NCBI RefSeq assembly: GCF_006345805.1 | Contig: NC_042999.1 | Span: 103,354,001-103,418,000 of the forward strand | DNA: 64,000 bases | Origin: Octopus sinensis | Lineage: Eukaryota | Direction: 5' to 3' | In this document: positions 50,713 to 64,000 of the stretch, piece after piece | Numbering within the stretch: position 1 is the stretch's first letter | How the letters are laid out: every line of letters starts with the position of its first letter | Notes under the pieces: model-generated | The model's input: the letters and a program-made list of their open reading frames with translations, nothing else | Databases searched by the model: none | What the model was told of the DNA's origin: nothing | Made by a program: the position numbers and the translations under genes

Positions 50713-51136
50713 GAATCTTTTCGGTTTGAACGACAGTTTTTTTCTAGCGGTGTCATATGAAATTGTACACCCATAATTATGACCCTAGAATTTCAATCTC
50801 TTTTAGGGTTAGGGTTAGTTAAGGTTAGTTAGGGTTAGGGTGGGGGAATGGTATCTTTTTTTCTTCACAAATGTAATTAAACCCAATCTGTTTCTTAAAC
50901 GAGGGACATATTCATATGGCACAGAATACTTTTTAACTCAATAAACGTGACTGATTGGTTGAAATTGCAGAAATTGAAGAAATAAAGCAACAAATATCTT
51001 ACAAACTATAGAATTTTCTCAATAAAGCCAAGAGAAAAAGATGTTTTATAAACACATTCTACCAGTATACGAAGTTTAAAATTTTTTAGTTACCTAGAAA
51101 TTACGTTAAAAACTGCCATTCAAACCGAAAAGATCC
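50713..51136. mobile_element. MITE with 29-bp TIRs and 8-bp TSD (TGAGTCAT)
   Basis: TIR gaatcttttcggtttgaacgacagttttt vs the reverse complement of the right end ggatcttttcggtttgaatggcagttttt (3 mismatches). TSD at 50705-50712 and 51137-51144. Confidence 0.9.
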
Positions 51137-52659
51137 TGAGTCATTATATTTACACATAATTAAGATGGTGAGCCGGCAGAATCGTTAGCACGCCGGGCAA
51201 AATGCTTAGAGGCATTTCATCCGTCTTTACATTCTGAGTTCAAATTCCACCGAGGTTGACGTTGCCCTTCGTCCTTTCAAGGTCGATAAAATAAGCACCA
51301 GCTAAACTCTGCGGTTGATGTAATGGACTTATCCATCTCCTTCGAAATTGCTCGCCTCCTGCCAAAATTTAAAACCAATATTTACACATGAAGCAATGTC
51401 TTGGAGTGATATGGTGTCTATCCTGAGAGACTTTCAGTGTAAGTGAAGAATTAAGTTCCAATCAGAGATTGACGAAAGATACGCACCTGCTCTACTACAT
51501 TTTTCTACAACAAAGCTAAAAATAGTTTTCCATAAATTATATTATTTCAGACAAACCAATACAAATCAATACTGATTTTCCATATATGGGAACCAATTTG
51601 CTGCCGTCAGATAGGTTTTATCATTTTATATTGGAAGAAAACATGAAAATATATGTATGTATGTACGTATGTATTTATGTATATTCGTGTGTGCAAATGT
51701 GCGTATGTGTCTGTCAATATATATAAATATATACATATATATATGTATGTATGTATGTATATGTGTGTATGTATGCATTTTTGTATGTATGAATGTATGT
51801 ATACATAGAGGCAGACAGAGGGACAGACAGACAGACAGAAAGAGAGAGAGAAATAGAAAGACGCACATAGAGAAATACAACCTGACATACACACGAACAT
51901 ACATAGAAATTAACCGAGATGTTAAATTTTGTTTAAAACCTAAAAATATTCAATACTTTGGTTCAGATTGAAATTATCGATTCGTGCATTACGTTGCATT
52001 TCGTTTATTAACTTTCGTTTTAATATGCTTAACTTTGAATCATACATTGTTTGTATCAAAGTGAGATAAAAATATTTAAAAGGTAAGTGTACAAATACGT
52101 GTAGGCATATGAATGACCATATACATACAAAGAGACATACACACACACACATACATTCGCGCACGCACGCACACACACATACACACACACACATACGCAC
52201 GCACACGCACGCACACACACACACACACACACACACATAGGGATCCCTTGCGTTGTGGAAGTAAAGCTAACCCGAAAATTGTATCGTAATATGAAACTCC
52301 GTAAATCGAAATACAGTAACGTGAAATTAACTTTGGCATTGATTTTCATGTTATAAAATGAATTTTCGACCAATTTTCGTGGGATGGTGGGGAATAAAGA
52401 GAAAAATATAAAAACAAGCAACACAACCACTTATGCATGAAAATATCAATTCATAAACATACACAATGCAATATGCTTATATAGTATTTGAAGAGAAATG
52501 CATTAGGGAACAAATAATTTTACTATCATAATAGGTTACGCTCTTAACCACAAAAATGTTGACTACTGTGTAATGATAGAAAGAGAGAAAGAGAATTGTT
52601 GAAAGGTTGCGGGACACTCACTTCTGTCTAATAGCTCATCATCATCATCATCAACATCT

Positions 52660-53760
52660 GTTTGAGGGTGAAGAATTTATATAAAGTTGTTTGATGTTTA
52701 TGGCGCGTGTAGGAAATGAGCTGCTTGTAAACCCCTCTTATAATTTTTATGTCAGGTTCCCGATTGGGGATGTCGCTAACAACATCTATCAAACATCCCT
52801 CTATAAGTGCGAACCCATTTGACAATGTTCTTTGCAGTCACTTTAAGTGAAATTGGTTGAACTTCCATTTTCTTACCTTATTCCTCTAACTACTTCAACT
52901 ACTTTTTTAATATACTTTCTCTCGGTGGGATACTAGCAATTTATCCACATTATCCTCAATGATTTCTAACCCTTCATCAGAATATCTCTCTGAATTTGAT
53001 GTAGTCTTGCTGCTTGTAGAAATAAGTCACAGATACGGCCTGGTCATATATATTTTATCAAACCCAAGGATAACAGTTTCACTTCATCCCACGACTCAGA
53101 AATATTATGTATACCATCTTTTATGTTAAGCTACTTCCAAAATTCATTATATATAGGCTTAACCTTTCCTGTCAACTGCATTCTTTAACTGTTTGAAAGT
53201 TAACTGATAGTATGCCTTGAAGTTAACTATCACTTTTTGATCTATTGGCTGGAGCAAATATATATTCTTGGGGATATATTTTACTTTCCCATTATAGGAA
53301 GGCTCGTTTAAGTTCACTATTTGACTTGGTGCAGTGTCTAAGAATAATATTTTATTGCAAATATTGTCTGACGTTGAAGCTACAAAAGTATTTTAAACTA
53401 ATCTTCAAAAAGGCCCTCAGTCACCCATGTGTTCTTATTTTATACCTAATCAGAGATAGATTAAACTTTACGTAATCTTTGAAAGGTGCTGGTTTTTCAG
53501 AATGATATACGAATGGGTAGGGGCTTTAATTCCATATCAACAAACTTCGGACAATATTTGGCAGCTTTAAATTCTGGTGTCGATATTTTTTTCTTGAGAA
53601 ATGCTATACGTTTTAGCAGGCGTGCACTTACAGAAAAGTTTAGTTTGTTTTGTTAACATTGTGTACTGGCTCTGATCTTTTGCCCCCTTCATCAATAATT
53701 TCCTTCGGTTGCGCAGTATAATTTTAGCAATGGTGGATTAAATTAAATTCATTATGCCAC
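52660..53760 (-). mobile_element. Degraded pogo/Tigger-like transposase
   Basis: IIDEGG...NVNKT, PEFKAAK, TWVTEGLFED, ILFLDTAP, YIPKNIYLLQPIDQKVIVNFKAYY, EFWK*LNIKDGIHNISESWDEVK, QTTLYKFF. Many stops and frameshifts. Confidence 0.8.
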
Positions 53761-54238
53761 AAGACAACCTTTTCACTCTTTAGACAAACATTGCTTATTT
53801 TTTCAAATATTTATTGAAGAGCGGGGTTGAGTGTGGTGGAGAGCTGCCGCGATCTCAATTTGTTTTGTTATTATACATGATGTGAATGTATTCTTTCTTC
53901 CTGTTGCTTTGCTCCAGGCCATGGTCGTGAGAATCTAAGGACGACAGCAACCAAGCCATAGCTATTCAGTTTCTTTCTAAGAATTATAACTTCCAGACTG
54001 CTCCACCCAATATCTCTCCATAAAGTGTGATTACGCGTAGAGCTGGCTGAAATATTAAATCAACTACAGAGCCTCAACATAAAGGAGCAAACAACAAAGA
54101 TTCTCTCGATGGCTGATTCATAGCTACAGTCTCTTGGTTCAACAACAGACTGGTATAGAAATATATGGCTTAACCAGTGAGGAACATACTTTACATTTTG
54201 AACGTGATCATATTTAAGATATTCTGAACTTACTCTGC

Positions 54239-54240
<2 letters not shown>

Positions 54241-54306
<66 letters not shown>

Positions 54307-54367
54307 TTACTACTACTACTATTACTACTACTACTATTACTACTACTACTATTACTACTACTACTAT

Positions 54368-54420
<53 letters not shown>

Positions 54421-54485
54421 ATAATAATAATAATAATAATAATAACAATAATAATAATAATAATAACAATAATAATACTAATAAT
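54241..54485. repeat. Compound microsatellite (CTA)n then (TAA)n
   Basis: Directly visible. Confidence 0.95.
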
Positions 54486-57187
54486 ATTTTTTTATTGTCC
54501 GTTTCTTTCCCTTCCACGTTGTCTTCATCCTTCTGCTTCTACAGCTGAGAATGCATTCGTGTATTTATGAACCTGTGACTTATTTCAAAAGTAGTCACAG
54601 ATTTACATTCTTTGTTTTATTTATAAGTATCTAAATAATATTTACAAGTTCTAAACCCTACAGGAATGACATTATCAATAAATATAGAAATTTACAAATA
54701 AAAAAAATTCATTGATAAATTTGATCGATACACACTAACTTAATCAATGGAGTTACTCTGGTTTATAATGAATATGAAGTATTCCTGGGAATCAATAGCA
54801 ACAGCTCTCAACTGCAGTTTGGAGGAAATTAGCTCTTTAAGCAAATACCAGGAAGTTTGTATGTATTTTAAGTAGATAATTTTGCTGAGTATAGTCAGAA
54901 GTGTATGAAACTCAAGAGGATTAATATAGAAGGCATTTAAGGAATTTTTAATATCTAATTAATGATCAATAATCTGGAAACGTGACTGTAGAAGTAAATT
55001 ATTTCACTGTTGATCAGCCTATAAATAATCAGTTGAGACGAATATGTTTCTTTCAATTCTTAGAATTCGAAAACTAGCCAATCATAATACAAATACTAAT
55101 TTGGTGGGATGCGTACTCTACGTTAAATTACTACTATGTATTTATATATATATATATATATATATACATATTTGTCAGTGTACCTTCTTCCACAGCTAAT
55201 ACATTATAAATAATCCAGTAACTCCACCGAGATCAAAAATAATAAGTTAATATATTTAATGCAGGAAACATTAAAAATTAACAAAATGAAACTAAAATAT
55301 AACAGAAGTTGCCTCCTATTATATCCGAAAATGAAAATATTAGTCACATATATGTTTCTAGTTAGGTTTTTGTCAATATCCCTGTATTATATATGTTAAC
55401 ATTAACTTAACTATTACACATAAAGTTTATCTAATGACTCTTATTATCTAAAATGCATTTCTAAACTCACACAATCAAACCATATCTCTGTTTGAAATAT
55501 GCTTTGTAATTTATGATCAATTTTAATAGACCAAATTTTCTTAATAGCTTAACAAAAAGTAATAAATCTTAGAGAACATATTAAAATATTTTGAAAGAGC
55601 ATTCAGAAGTGCATTACTAAACACTCGTTTTAGAATTTGGGAATCGTATTTGTTTATAAGATATTTTTTTCAATATCAATGGCATGCAAATATTCCTAAG
55701 AATATATTGGCTTAAATGATATTGGCATACTATCAAAGATAGCATCTAATGTAGAATTAAATCTTCAGCAATTGATATATTATCCTCGAAACACAATCGA
55801 AGTATGTCAGGCATTTGGATTTTTGTGTTTCTTTTTATTTCGTTTGCATTTTGCACTGATTTTGAAAACCCAGTTTCAATTTAGCAGTTATCTGTAGAAT
55901 ATTATAATATCGTTTACCACATGTTTCTTTAATACCAAATGGTGCTCTTGTTCCTATATCAAAATACACAACAACAAAAAAACATCGTTTACGATAAAAT
56001 ACTTTCTATGGTACATACTAAGTTTTTTGCTGAACGTTGTCCTCAAAGTATGATTCTTTTGGAGCCAGTCACTATTTTGATTCCCTGCAGTGCATCTATA
56101 ATTATGGAGGTAAATATGATGTGCTTACCATTCAAAGTTATGGTTTTCGAAAGTGGAGAATTAAAAAAAAATCTCGCTATGTTTATTGGTATGATTTTTG
56201 TCTTCGCATTATTGATTCAATCTTTCCCTCTATCAGTATATGATATGCGCTTATATTTGTTTCTTATATATTATTTGTAATAGTTTTCTTGAATTTTGTC
56301 TGTGATATATCCCTTGTACATCTGTAACTCTGTGACTATTGTATACTTTGGAGATAGCCGGTGGAAATGCATACTTTACTGCTGTGCAGAGAAAAATATC
56401 TCATTTTCAGAAGCAACTTTGCAATTTCATATATCTTGTGATTAGCTATATTAAAACTGCATGGGAGAGAATCAATGTAATAGTACACACGAATTCGTTT
56501 TCTATTTTCTTGTTTTCATTAATCCCCTTCGATGCTGGCTACTATTTTCTGTTACCGTATGTTATTCATTCGTCATATTTTTTCGGGTTTAAATAATTTT
56601 CTACTTTTTTTTTATCCTGGATATTATGCATCAATTTCTGTAGATTTACGTTAAGGCGACATTTTAGCTGTATTTTGTCTGTCTTTAACGTTCTGAGTTC
56701 AAATTCCGCTGATGTCTACTTTGCATTTCATAATTTCGGAGATCGATAAAATAAGTACTCGTTGATCATTGGGGTCGATATAATCAACTTAAACTTACCC
56801 CGAAATTGAAGAGTTTCTGCCAAAATTTGAAACTAATATTTATATTTATGTTTTTGCTGAACTTTTCGACTGTTTCAAAATATTGATTCATTATGGTTGC
56901 ATAAGCAAACGAACTCAAGTAATACATGTGGAATAGAAATTACGACTTTTATTATGCTGTAACTATATATATTCTATCTTCCGGAGCACTTCAATCAACA
57001 TTGAAAACGCAATATAACGATGCGACTGTAATAATAAAAGTGTCTGATGATGTCAGTAATGTCATTGATTATCTCTGTAATTGCCGAATTTATATTTGTT
57101 ATACTTTATTCTTACAGTTATTATAAATGGTTAGAGATTATTTTCGAATATGACAAAATTTAATGGTAATAATTAGTGCTCTATAAA

Positions 57188-59650
57188 TATTATTATTATT
57201 ACTATTATTATTATTATTATATTATTATTATTATATTATTATTATTATTATTATATTATTATTATTTTTATTATTATTATTATTATCATTATTATTATTA
57301 TTTACTTTTAATCTGCGTGTTTGTTACAATCACATGTGGAGACACACCCAGCGTCCTGGTGCGAGTGAAGGACCAGAAATGTTAGTTTCACTGAAATCTT
57401 GGGGAGGGGAAGTGACAGGGGTAGAAGTGAAATATCTTCATGCAATACAACACAAATATTTAAATGGATAAAGTATTTCTAAGGATGTGGGCAGTACTTG
57501 TCAGCAAAATATTTTAGATTGCTTTGACATGGTTCACCTGGGATCTTATCTAGATGTTTCTGACGTCCCTTTTTTTATAATACCTAGAGCACCTACAATA
57601 ACAGAAACAGTTCTCGCTTTAAGATGCCACATCTTTTGTATTTCAATTTGCAGGTGCTTATATTTACTTAATTTGTCAAATTCTTTTACAGATATATTTT
57701 TATCAGTCGGAACACATACATCTATTAGTCTACAAGTGTTTTTTTTTTCGATGTCTTTAATAATTATGTCTGGTCGATTAACTTTGACTGTTCTGTCAAT
57801 GTTGACTGGAAAATCCCAGAGGATAGCGACATTTTTATCTCCAACGACTGGCTCAGGTTGACGTTCATACCAGTATGCAAGAGTGCTGATTTTTTAGTGT
57901 TTACATATTTCCCAATGTAAATACTGTCCTAGCCTATCGTGGCGATTTTTGTGTTCGTTTCGAGTCATCCCGAGATGAGATGGTCTATTGTATTGTCAAA
58001 AGTATTGCAGAATATGCATTTGGTGTCAGAACCGTTTGACGTACGTTAGCCTGGTAGTTTTTAGTAATCAAGCTTTTGATTTTGTGCCACCATTATGAAA
58101 CCTCTAGTCTTTGCTTTCAGTCCCGAACTTCTCAACCATTGATGAGTTGTTGCTTGCTCTACATCGGTATTTAGACTTCGAAGTGTATATTGTCCATGCA
58201 GAGGCTTCTGGCCCCACCGCTCCTCAGTTTGTTTCTTCCCGTTCTTTTCTGCAGCTTGCTTGATCCGTTTCGTTTGTTTTGTGGCAGCGGTTTCCAGTTC
58301 TTCAAATATTTCAGTGTTAATACCAAGTTCCCTTGCCAATTTGCAAGCTTCCTTGACAATAGAATATAATTTCTTGCTGCTTTCGTGTTTGCAGAAGAGC
58401 TGCAGCGTCCAGTCCTCTGTACTAGATAAGTACCTGTTCACTGCTATTGGGGAGGTCTTATAGCACAGTTCTACCTGCATCATTCCTCTTCTTTCATTAT
58501 TTATAGGTAGGTAAAGACGATCAAGGTCTCATTTTGGGCGGTGCTTGTTCTTAGATGTTAGCAGTTTTCTTGTCTTTCAGTGCAGGCGTTGGAGCTCTGT
58601 AAGATTCTACTTAATGATGTTAAAACTATATTGGACTACTGGAAGTGTCAGGGTGTTATGGCGCCAATGCGATTTTTCCTATAATACTCCTTTCTTATTT
58701 TTCCTTCATAGTAGCATGTTGTATACCATCTCCTTCGTTTATCCCCAGGTATTTGTAATTTCCTTGTCAGTCAAGCAACTTGATGGTTGAGTCGGTATCT
58801 AATTTATTGGAAGCTGTTTGCCTCAGCTTGCCGCTTACAAAAGTTGCTTCAGCACACTTATCAAGACCAAAATCCATACCGATGTCACTACTGAATTCTT
58901 TAACAGTTGTTATCAGCCCGGCTAACTCTTCGTCATTTCTAGCAAACAGCTTCCGATCGTCCAAATAAAATAGATGGTTTATTGTCGTATTACAAACTTT
59001 GAACCCATACCTGTTCTTATTTAGTTCGTTTTGAGAGTGGGATCAGTACCATGCAAAAAAGTAATGGGGAGAGGGATTAACCTTAAAAGATACCTCCTTT
59101 GATGTTCATGTTCTTAGATTGGTTCATCCCATTACTATGGCTTAGAAGGAGCCATGTCTTCCACTTGGCCATGATACCTTGTAAGAATTTGGAGACGACA
59201 GGAGAGATCTTTTATATCAAGCGTTTTGAGTAGCCAACTATGTGGGACACTATCAAATGATTTCCTGTAGTGCATCCATGCTATACTCTGGTTCTTTTTA
59301 CTCCGGCACTTCTCTACAGTCATTTTACTTATGAGTAATTGACCTTTGCACGCATACGAATTCCTTTTACAGCTTTTTCGAACTTGTGAAAAGATAGACT
59401 TCTGTCAAAGAAAGTGTATATTCTGTCAGTTAATATGGATGCGAGGATCTTGTAGGTGGTGACAAGATATGTCGCTAGACCTTTGGATCTTTTAGTGTTT
59501 TCATTTTTTGGTAGTAGCTATGTTGTTCCTTCAGTCAGCCAGGAACGTATTTGCTCTGGATTCTGGATGATATCCAGTTAGAGATGCAGTGAAAATCGCA
59601 TAAATCTCTCCTCAATCCCAGACGCCAACGACGAAGTCAAAAACTCTTTC
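57188..59650 (-). mobile_element. Degraded R4/Dong-like RLE-type LINE (RT, zinc knuckle, RLE, 3' UTR, (TAA)n tail)
   Basis: SWLTEGTT, WMHYRKSFDSVPHSW, GIF*G*SLSPLLFC, HLFYLDDRKLFA...FSSDIGMDFGLDKCA, DRLYLP, CIFC...IDHLISG...RHD, WDFPV...NRPDIIIKD, VGALG. (TTA)n at 57188-57300. Confidence 0.9.
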
Positions 59651-60149
59651 ACCTAGTAGTACCATACCATTATGTTGTGATGATGATTGAGGGGGTTAGA
59701 AATTTGCGGATGCAGTCAAAATAGTAAAAATGAACCAATGGAAAAAGGAATAGGTGTGGTTTATCTCCACTTGTTTGATTTGCACAGTATTTCATTTTGA
59801 AAACGAAGTATTGAGGGAGGATTTAAATGATCCTTAGTTAAGTAAAGATTTTGATGAAACAGACTCCCATCGCGTGGAGCATCGGAAGATAAATTAGTTG
59901 TGAAAACCATTTTTGTTTAATACTGTCCTAAACTTATTTATACATTATTTGTTATAAAACAACTTTCTATCTACATAATGCCCTGTCTACCTATACCAGT
60001 AGCGAGTATAATATTTCTATGTCAGATTTTGGATGATGTATTCTTTAAGCAGCAGTTATCTTTTTGCTTTCTGTGTAGGATTCTTTATTCATTTAGTATC
60101 GAATGGAGAGCATCATAACTATAACTTATTAATGGGACATCCAGATTAT

Positions 60150-60500
60150 TGACGCTCATTATCTTACATGATACAGTTAACCACACCCTCCTTGTTTTTA
60201 GCATCAAGCTCGTACATGTATGATATTCCTTTCTAGTTTATTACTTCCATTTGTCTATTTCATTAATTGCTTATTTATAATTCTTTTTGATTGGTGTAAT
60301 CGTCTTATCTCTGTCTCATTATCTAACATGGAAGCGCTCTTAATTAATTTCTCCATCTGCGATATTGCCTTAAGCCATTTTTCTCATTCGAATTTAATGT
60401 CAATACTTCCAATAAAGTTGTGAAGTTTCTGTAATGGTTTTTCTGTTTGCTTATTGCCTGCAACATATAACTTGAGGTCGTCCATCATTTAAATCATGTC
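60150..60500 (-). mobile_element. Additional R4-like RT fragment
   Basis: MDDLKLYVAGNKQ...FIGSIDIKFE*EKW resembles YMDDLKLYA.N...FS.DI.M.FG..KC. Confidence 0.55.
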
Positions 60501-60559
60501 TGCTTTAACATGTTGTATACGTATTTGTGCAAAGCAGAACGGGGGTGTTGAGAGCGAGC

Positions 60560-61300
60560 CACCTCGAAATATTTCTCTGTAGATGAAGCTAATGTTTATG
60601 ATTTGCTATACCATCATTCTCGCACATTTAGATGGCTTTTTTCATACTCTGAGCCTGTCAGATGTTGGTTCCAGCTTGCTTCTTCACTATTTTCTTAAAT
60701 CATTGTTTCTTAAATATCTCTATAATATTAATTTATATGTCCTTGTTAAATATCTAAACCATGTTGGGTTTTACTTAAGTCTTTGTAAAATCTGGATTAT
60801 TTGTATTTACATGGTCTTTTGCAGTTGTCTAGTTCCTGTGTTTTGTTGTATTTTTTTCACTCATGATACTCTTCCCTACAAATTCTTCTACTTCGCTTGC
60901 TTTCTATTTCTAAACAGTTTTGTGTTGGAGTCGATCTGTCTGATTTGTTCAAATGATCTTTGTCACTGTTCGTAACGAAAAAATCTCTTGTTTAAAGCGT
61001 TCTTGATTATGGATAATTCTTTTTTCTTTTTTCTTTTTCTTGGTTTCCTTTTAGTTACTGTTGTTTTACATTGTTATTTCAATTAGTGTTGAGAGATCTT
61101 TTATTTTCTTTATCTTTCTACATGTTTGTTTTACATGCTTTTTGCTTGGTTTGTGGTATTCTCATATGAGTAGATCCAAAAGAGCTTCCGCTTTCCGTTG
61201 TAACCGCTATGGCTGCTGCATACATTATTTCGTTTAACTTTTGATGTTTGTCTCCATTTTCAATAAAATTACTTTGGTCAGGTTTGTGTTTTTTATCACT
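60560..61300 (-). mobile_element. R4-like ORF N-terminal region
   Basis: LNEIMYAAAIAVT and downstream basic helices resemble the pre-RT region of R4-type ORFs. May be the 5' part of the 57188-59650 element. Confidence 0.45.
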
Positions 61301-61369
61301 ACTGTTACACCTTACTGAGCTTTATATTCTCGTTCTTCTAAACTATTCTACAATGATTTCTACTTTTAA

Positions 61370-62580
61370 TTCAGTATATTTCGAGATTTTTCAATTTCTT
61401 TCCGCACCATGTTATTGTCTGAAGAAATGCCAATGTGCGCCATGAAACATTCTCTTTTTTCCTTATCATGTATAACATCTGGCCTACGTTGTTTAAGTAT
61501 TTTATCCGTCTGGATGTGAAAATCGTGTCGTCTTTTGGCTTACTAGGTTCATTTAGAGCTCTCTCTAGTACATAATTGTATTACTTCCTGGTTTGTGGTA
61601 TTCTCATTTCTTATTCAGTGATCAGAATAAAATGAGATAGACCTCTTGATTCCGTCCTTTGTATTTTTGGCTGAACAAATATTTTACAATCTGTTACAAT
61701 ATCATTAATATTTTCGACTGGATGGTTACATAAGAAACATTTATTTATTTTGAAGTAGTGCACTAAATATCCCGGTTCACTGAATTAGTATTAAATGTTT
61801 GATCTTGAGCCGCTACAAACTCTCAGTTTCTCTCTTTAAATCCCTACTCTGGATTCACTCCACTTTTATCTTTTCGAAATGTAAAATTTTTTCATGATCC
61901 ATGATTTTTTTCACATTCTTGATAGCTCTATGGAACTGTCCGTATAACATCGTTTCTTATAAGTTTCCTTTCTTCGAAAAATTATTCTATTTTCGCATAC
62001 TCAACACAAGTAAGCCCTAGTTGTAGTGTGGCATGTTTAAGGAGCTCTTAATTCACTCTTTGCTAGGTAGTGTTTTATTGACCGTTGGTTTCCATCCATA
62101 TAATCAGAATGGCTAATATATTTTCTCTCCCTCGAACATTACGCTCCATACATAAAGTATTGGCATATGCTATCGGATGAAGCATTCCATTCATAGATTA
62201 TGCTTCTATTTTCATATTTAGCCCGGTTCACTATTCCAGTACCTCGTAATCTTCCACATATTGACCGTATGTATCGAATTTTATGTGTTTAGTTGGCACT
62301 TCAACCCAAGCTTTAATCTTTTGAAATATATTGTTTTCCCTTTTCCTTCATGTTTTATACATAATATCATTACATTCCAATGCTCCTAGATACTTGTATC
62401 AACTGCCATCAATTTATAATGGATCGTTCGTACTTAGCAATCCATTTTAATGGGCTTTATACTCTCACTTCAATATCTAACGTCGCACAAATTGATATAT
62501 CAAACTCCATTCGAATGTAGCTGCAATATACCTTTACAGTGTTAACATATTCTCAGTTTGAGACCCATGTTGACTTTCCT
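61370..62580 (-). mobile_element. Another degraded R4-like LINE segment (post-RT to RLE)
   Basis: YKYLGALE, FVAAQDQTFNTN, IQTDKILKQRRPDVIHDKEKREC...KEIEK. Confidence 0.7.
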
Positions 62581-62679
62581 AAGTTTGATTACGATAGTTA
62601 TTAGTGCACTACAATTAACAAGTCGTAGAAATAGTCAATATAGCAGACACCAATTTTAACTGTTACACTTCACGGTGAT

Positions 62680-63100
62680 TTCATCTTCAGCTTGTTATAG
62701 CAGCACTGAAAGCGTTGAGGTTTTTCAGTTATGCCAAAAATTCTTCGTAACACTACAATTCAAGAATGTGATACCATGTCCTGTGCCGTTTGAAGCCAAT
62801 CCAGGCCATGCACAAATTAGCCTGTTTTACTTGGAGTTCATTATCGTTTTGTCAATAAGACGAAGTGTTGATACTCGATTGAAATCCTCACTTGAGCTTT
62901 ATAGAGTGTCATTAATTATTGGTGCCCTTTGAATGTTTCCTGTGCTATGTCAGTTCAACAGGTAGCATATGAGTCTACATCAAATATTTGTATGCCTTCT
63001 CAGCAAAATTTCCTGTTAGTAACTGCCATAATGACAATATGCAGGTGTTTTGAAGTTAATTATCTGCGGTATTTTCCTTTAAAAGACGTTTCGTAATCAA
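62680..63100 (-). mobile_element. Highly degraded CR1/L2-group RT C-terminal remnant
   Basis: LMTLYKAQVRISIEY resembles L.TLYKAQVRP..EY; the remainder is disrupted. Confidence 0.4.
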
Positions 63101-64000
63101 AGCTTTTTACCCCTTTCCAATCCATTGCAGTAAAATTCTTTGTATTACATATGTAGATAATTTTCGATTATATTAAATGCTGTTAAGTCTATATAAATTC
63201 TGTTCAAAACCCGTCCTTCATTGTATAGTGTTTTATGCAAAATATGAGCCCTTACCTGGAGAGCTATTTTCTAGACAGTATTTAGAAGGTCTCCTGGGCA
63301 AATCTTTGATATTTTTTGATATTTTACAATGCGTAATGCTCCTATACATAATTAGGATTATTTTTGTATTTATATTCCATTTTCGAATTTTTATATTTAT
63401 GCTTTGAAATATTAATTTGTTATATCACAAAGACTATATTATAACATACAAGACTAATAAATGTTTTGAGAGGGTGTTCTAATGATATTTACAATCCTTA
63501 GTATCACTACTTTTTGGTTACCTTTCCTTTTATAAGAAGGTTAAAGATTTGTATTCTTAATGAATTGTCTTCAATTTACCTGAAGACAATTCAGTAAAAA
63601 TACGAATTTATTTAAACAATTTTGTTTTAGAAGAATTTCCTCACGCTTTTACATTTACAATAGTATAGCTTGCATCATTAATCATTGTATCCTGAATCTG
63701 ATATTTAAGATTAAGTAGTCTTCTCGGAAAGTACAAACGCGAAATACAATATATATACTATATATGAAAGTAGGTTTTTTGCAGAAAATTACTAATATGG
63801 TATTATTAATTCTGCTTAAATACATGTCTGTACAACAAATTAATATGCAGTGTCTTGAGCTAGGAAAGGTATTCATATTGCTGATGACATCCATAAAATT
63901 CTTGTTATTCAAATGCGGTTTCATAATTTTTTGTTTATTCCTGAGTTACGTATTTGATATATAGCTTCACAAATTACATCTTTTTAAAATACTTACTCGA

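Noticed and set aside
50803-50840. True interstitial telomere or chromosome fusion site
   Set aside because: Short, degenerate and enclosed within a MITE with intact TIRs and TSD.
55940-56280. 113-aa ORF as a host gene, or an antisense Jockey-like RT remnant
   Set aside because: AT-rich, no recognisable domain in either orientation.

Overview
Eukaryotic, AT-rich, repeat-saturated DNA with very dense microsatellites ((TA)n, (TG)n, (TATG)n, (GA)n, (GATA)n, (TAA)n). It carries three recurring tRNA-headed SINE families. This composition resembles an octopus genome (inference, no database search run). No host protein-coding gene, rRNA, true tRNA or CRISPR array can be supported, so the window looks intronic or intergenic. 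Nearly all track ORFs are microsatellite translations or antisense frames of transposons. Recognisable retroelements: a young 5'-truncated CR1-group LINE with an uninterrupted RT frame (17263-19440); a Tx1/L1-like cluster with three diverged ORF1 (RRM plus CCHC) copies and one ORF2 lacking its RT core (22.5-28.7 kb); several RLE-type (R4/Dong-like) LINE pieces sitting in (TAA)n or (CATA)n tracts; Penelope-like remnants with hammerhead ribozyme motifs; and RTE-like remnants, one with a run of C2H2 fingers. DNA transposon remnants include Tc1, maT-like, mariner, Tigger, Helitron ends and MITEs. The most unusual items are: a 2.27-kb non-coding array of a ~490-bp unit that flips orientation midway and is bounded by (TA)n (44527-46795; real or a long-read fold-back artefact); a stand-alone extended type III hammerhead-like fold (11600-11713); and two tandem ORF1-only, A-tailed retroelements.
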